Below are positions 1-7,621 of a DNA stretch of 13,578 bases, piece after piece. The position numbers and the translations under genes are program-made. Location: contig CBDURU010000096.1 in the NCBI GenBank assembly GCA_965369865.1, positions 1-13,578 of the forward strand, given 5' to 3'. This stretch comes from an uncultured bacterium (GTDB lineage Bacteria > JAJVIF01 > JAPKYR01). The stretch's first letter is position 1, and each line of letters opens with the position of its first letter. The notes beneath the pieces are model-generated. The model was given only the letters and a program-made list of their open reading frames with translations. It did no database searches and was not told the origin of the DNA.

Positions 1-68
1 GATTATAGACCTGTGATTTCAATCTATTACGATATTATTATACCTTAAATGTCGGCAAAGGGAAGACC

Positions 69-230
69 GGGGACACCTGCTTTTCGACGGGCGAAAAGAG
101 ATGTCCCCTATAATTGCGGGCGAAAAGAGATGTCCCCTTTCAGTGACGGCCCCGGGGACATGTCTTTTTTCTCCAGTTACGCGGTTGAATCATGCTGAAA
201 GGTGATTAGGGAAAAAAGCACGTGTCCCCG
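69..230. repeat. Cluster of five related REP-like GGGGACA...TGTCCCC motifs forming two imperfect inverted-repeat pairs plus a tandem duplication
   Basis: GGGGACACCTGCTTTTCG (69-86) is inverted against CGAAAAGAGATGTCCCC (92-108). The exact 22-bp direct repeat CGGGCGAAAAGAGATGTCCCCT occurs at 88-109 and 117-138. CGGGGACATGTCTTTTTTC (153-171) is inverted against GAAAAAAGCACGTGTCCCCG (211-230). Confidence 0.8.
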
Positions 231-293
231 AAGACAAGTTGAATTGGTTTTACATATACCGACCATGAATTTCAAAAAAATTACCGTAAAGTC

Positions 294-344
294 TTGACAA
301 TGACGGCTTTGGCTAGTATATAGGCTGGCTGGCTATGATAAAAT
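294..344 (+). promoter_or_regulatory. Putative sigma70 promoter region of the efflux operon
   Basis: Perfect TTGACA at 294-299 with TATATA at 317-322 (17-bp spacer). An alternative extended -10, TG-A-TAAAAT, lies at 336-344. The sequence alone does not show which is used. Confidence 0.5.
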
Positions 345-358
345 GACCGTGCAGTCAT
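343..358. promoter_or_regulatory. Probable TetR operator palindrome ATGAC-N6-GTCAT
   Basis: ATGACCGTGCAGTCAT has 5-bp perfect arms and overlaps the TAAAAT -10 candidate, 24 bp upstream of the TetR gene. TetR regulators usually autorepress through such palindromes. Confidence 0.6.
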
Positions 359-382
359 AATGCCTGAAGGGGTGATATACGC

Positions 383-1036
383 GTGACTAACTCTCAAAAC
401 GTGAAATCCCGCAAAGTGCTCGAAGAGGAATTCCGTCGGGGACTCGTGCTCGACGCCGCTGAGCTTCTTTTCGCGGAAACCGGTTTCGATGGTACCACGG
501 TCGCGGAAATTGCGGAACGTTCTGAGCTTGCGAAGGGAAGTATTTACCAGATATTCAAAAGCAAGCAGGAAATTATCGACGCAATTGTCGAACGCAAAGT
601 ACAGGACATGAAAAGTACCCTGGCCGGGATATTCAGTTTGCAGATCAGGCCGTCCGAAAAACTGTTCAAGGTCATGGAAGCCAAGCTTCGAGGAATCTTG
701 CGGAACCGCGGATTCGCTCGTCTTTTCATTAGTGAATTTCATGGGTTCAACTGGTACATGGAAACCCCGTCGCTTGAATGCTGGCAGTCAACCGTGAAGG
801 AAATGCTGGTAAGTCTGGAGACGCTGGTGATCGACGCACAGAAAGCCGGCGAGATACGCGATGATATCCCACACAAGATGGTACTTGCGTCGATGGGTGG
901 AATTTCAAATGCCGTAATTCACCTGTGGCTCAGAAGTGACTCGGATACGGATATCAATATCGAGGAGGCGGTTAAACAGGCGCTGGGAATTTTCCTGAAC
1001 GGAGTACGGCCGGTAGCGGGAGGCAGTAATGAATAG
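383..1036 (+). CDS. TetR/AcrR family transcriptional regulator
   Basis: 217 aa with an N-terminal TetR HTH (LVLDAAELLFAETGFDGTTVAEIAERSELAKGSIYQIFKSKQEI) and a C-terminal AQKAGEIRDD motif. GTG start with SD-like GGGGTGA at 369-375. Confidence 0.95.
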   Translation: MTNSQNVKSRKVLEEEFRRGLVLDAAELLFAETGFDGTTVAEIAERSELAKGSIYQIFKSKQEIIDAIVERKVQDMKSTLAGIFSLQIRPSEKLFKVMEAKLRGILRNRGFARLFISEFHGFNWYMETPSLECWQSTVKEMLVSLETLVIDAQKAGEIRDDIPHKMVLASMGGISNAVIHLWLRSDSDTDINIEEAVKQALGIFLNGVRPVAGGSNE

Positions 1037-2498
1037 GCCTGTAATAATTTTAATATTGTGTTTACCCTTGCTGATATCGTTCAGCCCTGCGGCACTTGCG
1101 TTTGAGGACCTGTTGCTCGCGCAGGCCGATACAGGGGTAAATGGTACTGAAGGAAATCCGGGGGACGACCTTTTAATTGAATACTCCAGCGATCCGGAGC
1201 GTAATGAGGACGAGGATATTCGGGTTTCGACAATACTTCCTGAACTTTCACTTTACGAAGCACTCGCGTTGTCGCTTGAATTTAACCGTTCCATCGGTGC
1301 GAGAGAACTCGGAATTGAGAGCGCGTATGCTGAACGTCGAAGCAGCATGAGTGAATTTCTTCCGGATCTTTCGGCTTTTTACAATTACACCCGGTACGAT
1401 TCCTCGAGCGTTGTCAGTACGCCTGATTTTGAATTCACCATGCAGGGTCTGGTATCCACACGATGGGGTTTGTCGTTCTCTTATCCGATTTACAACGGCG
1501 GACGGCGATCCGCTTTGAGACGCTCGAGCAATGCAAGTATCAGGGCAGCGGAATTTGACCTCCTTGTCGAACAGGCTTACGAAACGCTCGATGTTGTCCA
1601 GGCGTTCATGAATGTCCTGGAAACCGGGGCGGCACTTGAGGCGATGGGTAAATCCCTCGAACATCTCGACGAGGTCAGCCGTACAGCCCAGGCTAATTTC
1701 GATGCCGGACTGATTCCATTGAATAATCTACTCGCAGCGCAGGTTGCGAGGTCGCAACTGGCACAGTCGGTTAATGGAATGGAAAACAATCTCGAACTCG
1801 CTAAATCGGCACTGGCAATACTGGTAACCGGTGATTTGACGGATCGATGGAACCTGTTGCCAGTCGAGTTTCCCGAAACTGAAATTCCGTACCCGATTGA
1901 AATCTTGTGGGACTGGGCTTTGGCAAACCGTCCATCGCTTAAATCGCTGGATGCGAACAGGGACGCGCTTTCGGCCCGGATAGATTCGATTCGATCTTCA
2001 AGAATCCCGGGACTCAGCCTTAATGCCGACTATTCCGGAAGCGGCGGCGATCTATCGGCGTCCGATGGAACGCTTTCCGGGACGCTCACACTTTACTGGG
2101 ATCTTTATGATTTCGGGAGTGTCGATGACCGCATCGCACCTCTTGAAACGCAGCTTGAATTAATCGATCTGCAACGCGACGCGCTTGAAACCCTTATTCT
2201 GCAACAGGTCGAGCAGGCGTTTCTTTTTGTAGGAACCCAGCTTGGCAATCTTGAGGTCGGCAGGGAGGCGCTCGTGCAGGCCAGTGAGGCCGCCCGTGTC
2301 GCTCGCAGGAGGCAGGAAGAGGGTCTTGGGCTGATGATCGAAGTGCTCGATGCCGAGGCCACTCTCGCACAGACAGATTTGAATTACATCCAGGTTCTAT
2401 ACGACTACTATACCGGACTTGCCGGCCTTTCCCGCGCTGTCGGGATGCCCACGTCCGATCTGATAGCTTTAATAATCGCAGCCAAGGAGGCTCAGTAA
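1029..2498 (+). CDS. TolC-family outer membrane efflux protein
   Basis: 489 aa with a signal peptide (..SPAALA) and two OEP-like repeats (LSLYEALALSLEFN, FLPDLS, SYPIYNGG, ALANRPSL, WDLYDFG, EVLDAEATL). SD GGGAGG at 1018-1023; overlaps the tetR stop by 8 nt. Confidence 0.92.
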   Translation: MNRPVIILILCLPLLISFSPAALAFEDLLLAQADTGVNGTEGNPGDDLLIEYSSDPERNEDEDIRVSTILPELSLYEALALSLEFNRSIGARELGIESAYAERRSSMSEFLPDLSAFYNYTRYDSSSVVSTPDFEFTMQGLVSTRWGLSFSYPIYNGGRRSALRRSSNASIRAAEFDLLVEQAYETLDVVQAFMNVLETGAALEAMGKSLEHLDEVSRTAQANFDAGLIPLNNLLAAQVARSQLAQSVNGMENNLELAKSALAILVTGDLTDRWNLLPVEFPETEIPYPIEILWDWALANRPSLKSLDANRDALSARIDSIRSSRIPGLSLNADYSGSGGDLSASDGTLSGTLTLYWDLYDFGSVDDRIAPLETQLELIDLQRDALETLILQQVEQAFLFVGTQLGNLEVGREALVQASEAARVARRRQEEGLGLMIEVLDAEATLAQTDLNYIQVLYDYYTGLAGLSRAVGMPTSDLIALIIAAKEAQ

Positions 2499-2500
2499 CC

Positions 2501-3778
2501 ATGCGAGGAATTCAATACGCTATAGCGTTTACATTGCTACTTGCTCTCGCCATAACTTTAACAGGATGCCAGGGTGGACCGGATGCCGGTGAGGATGCCG
2601 ACCATGAAATCGAAGCTGTATCGGTTGTGGCTGAAAATCCTGAACTCGGCACAATCACCGACTGGTACCGTACGACCGGTGATATTGAAAGCCCACTCCA
2701 AGCGAATGTTTCATTCGCGATCAATGGACTGATAACCGACCTGGCCGCCGATGAAGGAGAATACGTGGAAGCGGGACAGTATCTCGGCCAATTGGATGTA
2801 TCGACCTTCCAGGCGCAGCGTCGCGCAGCACTCAGCCAGGCGAATGCGATCGCGGGCCAGGCTGCTGCTGCCGATGTGAATATCGAAATTGCACTCAACC
2901 GGGTCGAGCAGGCTCTGGCGGTATTTGAACTCGCGGACACAAATTACATCCGGTATCAGAGCCTTCGCGAGGACGGTGTCGCTACCCAGGCTGAGTTCGA
3001 ACAGATCGAGTTGCAGTATGAAAATGCGCGGGTGGGACTTGAATCCGCCGAGGATTCTGTACTGGGGGCACAGGCCCAGGCCGATACAGCTTATTCAAGT
3101 ATACAGGCAGCCCGCGATAATGCGTCCCAGATCGGAGAAATCATAGCCGATGGCACACTTCGCGCCCCATTCAATGGAAGAATAGTCACCCGCTATCTCG
3201 ATCCGGGAAATATCGTAGCTCCGGGCACGCCGATTTTTAAACTCCTTGGTGAAGGAGAAGATGTCGGAAACCTTCTCGAGCTCAGGTTTAATCTTCCCGA
3301 AATTATGATTGGAGAGGTGAAGGTGGGTACTGCGTTGTATGTAGATCTTAATTCCTGTGATAATGAAGTTGAAACCGCGGTCGATCACCTGGGTGCTGTT
3401 GTCGATACTGAGACAAGGACCGTAGATGTTGTCGCCTATCTGGAGAGTGATACTGCCTGCCTTTTGCCTGGGATGTTTGTAACGATACGCGTACCACTTG
3501 AGGTCCATGAGGACGCGGTACTTGTCCCGGAAGAAGTAATTCTTGAATTCGAGGATGTTGACATCGTTTACATCGCGCAGGGGGACATTGCAGTTCGACG
3601 GGAGGTCGAACTGGGAATCCGCGAGGAAGGGATAGTTGAAATAATCGATGGGATTGATGGGAACGACCAGATAATTGTTGTTGGCAACCGGTTTTTAAAG
3701 GATGGTGCAAAAATTGAAATCCGCGAAGAGTCAATCCTGCAAGTACCAGTTGATAATACGGAAACGGGTGATGAATAA
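2501..3778 (+). CDS. RND efflux periplasmic adaptor (membrane fusion protein), lipoprotein
   Basis: 425 aa with lipobox LTGC, lipoyl half-motifs (DEGEYVEAGQYL, LRAPFNGRI), a coiled-coil hairpin, and VDTETRTV, LLPGMFV and AVLVP motifs. SD AAGGAGG at 2484-2490. Confidence 0.95.
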   Translation: MRGIQYAIAFTLLLALAITLTGCQGGPDAGEDADHEIEAVSVVAENPELGTITDWYRTTGDIESPLQANVSFAINGLITDLAADEGEYVEAGQYLGQLDVSTFQAQRRAALSQANAIAGQAAAADVNIEIALNRVEQALAVFELADTNYIRYQSLREDGVATQAEFEQIELQYENARVGLESAEDSVLGAQAQADTAYSSIQAARDNASQIGEIIADGTLRAPFNGRIVTRYLDPGNIVAPGTPIFKLLGEGEDVGNLLELRFNLPEIMIGEVKVGTALYVDLNSCDNEVETAVDHLGAVVDTETRTVDVVAYLESDTACLLPGMFVTIRVPLEVHEDAVLVPEEVILEFEDVDIVYIAQGDIAVRREVELGIREEGIVEIIDGIDGNDQIIVVGNRFLKDGAKIEIREESILQVPVDNTETGDE

Positions 3779-3781
3779 TAA

Positions 3782-6700
3782 ATGTTTCTATCCGATGTCT
3801 CAATTGCTCGACCAGTCTTGGCGCTGATGGTAGTTTTGGCGCTGGTTGTATTCGGGCTTATATCGTACTCCGAGCTTGGGGTCGACCTGATGCCTGATGT
3901 CGATTTCCCAATTGCTACGGTCACTACTGTGTTTCCGGGTGCCGATCCGGAGACCGTGGAAAGCGAAGTCTCAGAGCCGATCGAGGAAGAGCTGGCTACA
4001 TTAGCGGGAATCAAGGAACTGCAAAGTATCTCATCCGAGAATGTCAGCGTTGTAATGATTATGTTCGAGCTGGATGTCGATTTCGATGTCGCAGTGCAGG
4101 ACATTCGGGATCGTTTATCACGTCTGCAGCGGGACTTGCCGGACGGGGCTGAGGTACCGATGGTCGAGAGGCTTGACGTAAATGCCATGCCGGTTCTCAG
4201 TGTAGCGGTAAGCGGCGAGGGCACCCAGCAGGATCTGGGGCGATTCGTGGAGGATGTAGTAAAGCCACGGGTGGATTCAGCCGATGGAGTTGGGCGTGTT
4301 GAGATCGTCGGAATGCGGGAACGGGAGATTCGCGTCTGGCTGAACTCCGATTTAATGGCAAGCTATAATGTTAACGCCTTCGAGGTGGTAGGTGCGCTTC
4401 AGAGAAACAATGTGGAATTCCCCTCAGGTCGAATCGAGACCGGCGACAGGGAATACATCGTGGTTACTGCAGGCGAGCTGGAGGCGGTTAAAGAATTCAA
4501 CGACATTGTGATCGCATCCCGAAACGGCACATTTATACGGTTGAGAGATGTTGCCGAGGTTGAGGATGGTCTTGCCGATCTGAGAAACCTTGCCAGACTG
4601 AACGGCGAACCTGCAATAGGTCTCAGAGTGCTGAAGGAATCAGGCGCGAATACAATAGCGGTGAGCGATGCTGTACACGAGGAGATCGATATCCTCAGAC
4701 GCGAACTTCCTCCCGGTATCAATATCTCTATTCCGTCTGACACTTCGTTCTACATCCGTGACAGTGTAGAGGATACGCTCCACCATATTTTCATTGGCGG
4801 CATCTTTGCCATCCTGATTGTGCTTTTATTCCTGGGTAACTTCCGCACAACATTAATTGCGGCTGTCACAATTCCTACCAGCATCATCGCTACATTTATA
4901 TTCATGCGTGCTCTCGGTTTCACTCTGAATATCATGACCCTGCTGGCCATCGCCCTTTCGGTTGGAATGCTGATTGACGATGCGATTGTTGTGCTGGAGA
5001 ACATCTTCCGGCATGCGTCTTCCGGGAAAACCCCCATGACAGCAGCGAAGACCGGCACTAATGAGATCGCATTTGCGGTCCTGGCGATCACACTGTCGAT
5101 AATTGCAGTTTTTGTTCCGGTCGCGTTCATGCACGGGATGATCGGACGAATAATGTACCAGTACGGGATAACTGTTGTGGTGGCGGTGAGCGCGAGTTAC
5201 TTCGTGGCGTTCACACTAACACCCATGCTCGCCAGTCGGTTTATCTCGAGTGAGAAGTCGGGATTCTTTCTATTCGTCTGGTTCGATGCGGGGTTCGCGA
5301 AGCTGGAGTCCGGCTACAGATGGCTGATCGCCGCAGCTCTCAGGCGCAAGGTGCTGACGGTTTTTATCGCGTTCATCGCGTTTGTCGCGGCGTTGGGTGT
5401 TTATCCTCTCATGGAAACGGAGCTAAAAACGAGTTCTGATGATTCGCGATTGCAGATGAATCTTGAGATGCCGACAGGAACGCCCATAGCACGTTTGTTA
5501 GAGGAGACGAGAGGAATCGAAGATATCCTGCTGGCGACTCCGGAGGTCGAAAATATATTCACGACCCTGGGTGCCGGCAGGCGAAAGGAACAACACAAGG
5601 GACAGATTTATATAGACTTGGTTGACAAGACAGAGCGTGAGCGGGGTAAGTTTGAGATATTAGATGACCTTAGGGAGCGGATGACACTGTTGCCCGGAGT
5701 GAAGATCATCATTGGTGAAGTAGCTGATATGGAGGCTATGGGTAATTATAATTTTGAGTTTGAACTCACAGGAAATGATTTCGATGAGCTGGCTAGAGTG
5801 GCGGATCAATTTGTGTCGACCCTGTCGCAGACACCGGGATTCCGCGATGTGGGTCAGACATTTGAATCCGGTAAGCCTGAGGTCAGGTTGGAAATCGACC
5901 GTGACCGTGCCGCCGATCTCGGAGTGGATGCCCTGACGCTTGGGTCCACGCTCAATCTGCTGGTCAGCGGGGAGCAGCCGGTGACCACTTTCGAGGAGGG
6001 TGGAGAGCAGTATGATGTCCGCCTTCGACTTGAGGAGAGTTTCCGGGACCGCCCGGAAGACCTGCTCAGCCTTGAAGTACCCGGAAGCCGCGGCGAAAGA
6101 CGCGAGCTTGCCGGCTTCGTGACAATCCATACGGCAGAGGGGCCGTCAGAGATACGGCACTCCCATGGACTGCGAATGATCGAGGTCCATACAAACCTGG
6201 AGATCCCGCTTGGTTCGGCGACGAAAATCACCGATCAGCTTTTCGACGAACTTTTGCCTTCAGGTGTTAATGCGCGAGTCACCGGCATGGCTCTTCATAT
6301 GCAGGAAAGCTTTGAATCGATGGGCTTCGCCCTCGTCCTGGCAATTTTGCTTGTCTACATGATCCTCGCCGCGCAATATAACCACTTCGTGCATCCATTG
6401 ACCATTATGATCAGCCTGCCGCTCGCGTTCGTGGGGGCATTCGGCCTGCTTTTTATTTGCAACATGACTGTGAATATCTTTAGTCTGATTGGACTAATTA
6501 TGCTTATGGGGCTTGTCACTAAGAACGCGGTGCTGGTTGTCGATCTTACTAATCAATATAGAGCACAAGGCATGGAACGCGACGAAGCGCTAATGGAAGC
6601 CGGTCCTATCCGATTGCGGCCGGTTCTTATGACAACGTTTGCAATGATCGGTGGAATGCTGCCGGTCGCGTTGATGCTTGGCGGCGGTGCGGGTTCGGAG

Positions 6701-6841
6701 ATGCGCGCACCGATGGCTGTTGTTGTAATCGGCGGATTGATCACCAGTACCCTGCTGACGCTTATCGTGGTGCCGGTGGTTTATGCGCTGTTCGATATCG
6801 CCACGGATTGGTTCGTCAAGAGGGTACTGCGAATTAAGTAG
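3782..6841 (+). CDS. RND efflux transporter permease subunit (AcrB/AcrD/AcrF, MdtB/MdtC-like HAE1 family)
   Basis: 1019 aa with an N-terminal RPV motif and PGADPETVESEV. Proton-relay motifs are intact: GMLIDDAIVVLEN (TM4), KNAVL (TM10) and RLRPVLMTT (TM11). TM12 is [19 protein letters not shown]. Confidence 0.97.
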   Translation: MFLSDVSIARPVLALMVVLALVVFGLISYSELGVDLMPDVDFPIATVTTVFPGADPETVESEVSEPIEEELATLAGIKELQSISSENVSVVMIMFELDVDFDVAVQDIRDRLSRLQRDLPDGAEVPMVERLDVNAMPVLSVAVSGEGTQQDLGRFVEDVVKPRVDSADGVGRVEIVGMREREIRVWLNSDLMASYNVNAFEVVGALQRNNVEFPSGRIETGDREYIVVTAGELEAVKEFNDIVIASRNGTFIRLRDVAEVEDGLADLRNLARLNGEPAIGLRVLKESGANTIAVSDAVHEEIDILRRELPPGINISIPSDTSFYIRDSVEDTLHHIFIGGIFAILIVLLFLGNFRTTLIAAVTIPTSIIATFIFMRALGFTLNIMTLLAIALSVGMLIDDAIVVLENIFRHASSGKTPMTAAKTGTNEIAFAVLAITLSIIAVFVPVAFMHGMIGRIMYQYGITVVVAVSASYFVAFTLTPMLASRFISSEKSGFFLFVWFDAGFAKLESGYRWLIAAALRRKVLTVFIAFIAFVAALGVYPLMETELKTSSDDSRLQMNLEMPTGTPIARLLEETRGIEDILLATPEVENIFTTLGAGRRKEQHKGQIYIDLVDKTERERGKFEILDDLRERMTLLPGVKIIIGEVADMEAMGNYNFEFELTGNDFDELARVADQFVSTLSQTPGFRDVGQTFESGKPEVRLEIDRDRAADLGVDALTLGSTLNLLVSGEQPVTTFEEGGEQYDVRLRLEESFRDRPEDLLSLEVPGSRGERRELAGFVTIHTAEGPSEIRHSHGLRMIEVHTNLEIPLGSATKITDQLFDELLPSGVNARVTGMALHMQESFESMGFALVLAILLVYMILAAQYNHFVHPLTIMISLPLAFVGAFGLLFICNMTVNIFSLIGLIMLMGLVTKNAVLVVDLTNQYRAQGMERDEALMEAGPIRLRPVLMTTFAMIGGMLPVALMLGGGAGSEMRAPMAVVVIGGLITSTLLTLIVVPVVYALFDIATDWFVKRVLRIK

Positions 6842-7388
6842 GGGCACTGCTTGCCGCGCTGCCGAACTTAACCACTAAATAGGAACCGAAACAAATCATT
6901 AGCACCGAGATTGAAACAGGGAGCCAAACCGGACCAATCCACGGACCAGGAATAAGAAAGAGAACATCATAAGTTCCAAGAGTAGGTGGCCAGCCTAAAA
7001 ACAAATACAGAAAAACATAATAGAATATATCCCAGGTACCGAAGGCAATCAGAAAAACTCCCAGGCGCTGCCACCAAATTCTGGCAGCTAAAATTCCCAC
7101 TGTGGCAAGCATTACAATGGTGGCTGCTTCTCTTAAAAGCTCCACCTTGAGAATTCCCGGTTCAGGTAGAACCTCTCTTCCCCAGGAGGATTTTAAAACG
7201 ATAAAATACGGCAGTGCTATCATAATGTCCTCTCTTGTTGGAATAGGAAGCTCGTAGTTGCCATCAATATCAAATAACTTCCGCAAGTAAATCACTACCG
7301 CTGCTTCCACAAAGGCAAAAGCAACACCAAAAATAACCGTCAAAGCGACTGTTTTAATACCTGAAGAAAAAATCAATCTATCTCCCAT
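6834..7388 (-). CDS. Hypothetical multi-pass membrane protein
   Basis: ORF with about 4-5 hydrophobic segments and conserved-looking motifs (FAFVEAAVVIYLR, ELLREAATIVML, FGTWDIFYYVFL, GWP, LFLIPGPWIGPVW). The track starts it at 7421, but ATGs at 7403 and 7388 are more plausible; the start is uncertain. It converges on the RND gene with an 8-nt overlap. Confidence 0.8.
   Translation of the reverse strand: MGDRLIFSSGIKTVALTVIFGVAFAFVEAAVVIYLRKLFDIDGNYELPIPTREDIMIALPYFIVLKSSWGREVLPEPGILKVELLREAATIVMLATVGILAARIWWQRLGVFLIAFGTWDIFYYVFLYLFLGWPPTLGTYDVLFLIPGPWIGPVWLPVSISVLMICFGSYLVVKFGSAASSAPT
6838..6860 (+). repeat. Degenerate GTAG-type REP-like sequence overlapping the RND stop codon
   Basis: GTAG followed by GGGCACTGCTTGCCGCGCT, an imperfect GC-rich palindrome with the architecture of GTAG-class REPs. 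Single copy and poorly paired. Confidence 0.35.
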
Positions 7389-7445
7389 TTTTTTACAATC
7401 CATTGTCAACCAGTATTGCACAGTCCATAACGTATGTTCAACTAG

Positions 7446-7619
7446 CCTGGCGGGGGCGCAGGTGTCGAGATGAGGGCTCCGATGGCCATTGCCGTTATCG
7501 GGGGGCTTCTCACAAGTACTCTCTTAACCCTGATCGTTGTACCTGTTGTTTACGCCCTTTTCGATAATTTAATCAACTGGTTTTCGAGGAAATTTAAAAA
7601 AGACCAGGTTGGTGAGTAA
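7446..7619 (+). pseudogene. Orphan 3' fragment (TM12 plus cytoplasmic tail) of a second RND permease gene
   Basis: In-frame translation is [57 protein letters not shown]. It matches residues 967-1005 of the upstream RND at 35/39 positions and is preceded by an in-frame TAG at 7443-7445. Confidence 0.9.
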
Positions 7620-7621
7620 GG

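Noticed and set aside
37..65. Minus-strand TATAAT (37-42) as a divergent promoter
   Set aside because: No convincing -35 at a 16-18 bp spacing, and the downstream gene would lie outside the window.
88..138. 22-bp direct repeats as a mini CRISPR array
   Set aside because: Only two copies, separated by 7 nt. Related copies occur in inverted orientation and no cas genes are present.
281..6847. Numerous 60-218 aa alternative-frame and antisense ORFs within the efflux operon
   Set aside because: All overlap confidently identified genes, many have Ser/Arg-rich shadow composition, and none shows family motifs.
7425..7442. Minus-strand GTTGAAC-ATAC-GTTATGG upstream of the membrane gene, resembling the right half of an integron attC site
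   Set aside because: It does not match GTTRRRY exactly and the spacing is short. There is no complementary left half, no RYYYAAC after the gene and no integrase. An IntegronFinder/attC covariance-model scan would settle it.
6680..7565. RND 3' end and its downstream copy as a DGR variable/template repeat pair
   Set aside because: Mismatches are mostly third-codon-position changes of all base types rather than adenine-specific. Identity is only about 72% and there is no reverse transcriptase in the window.
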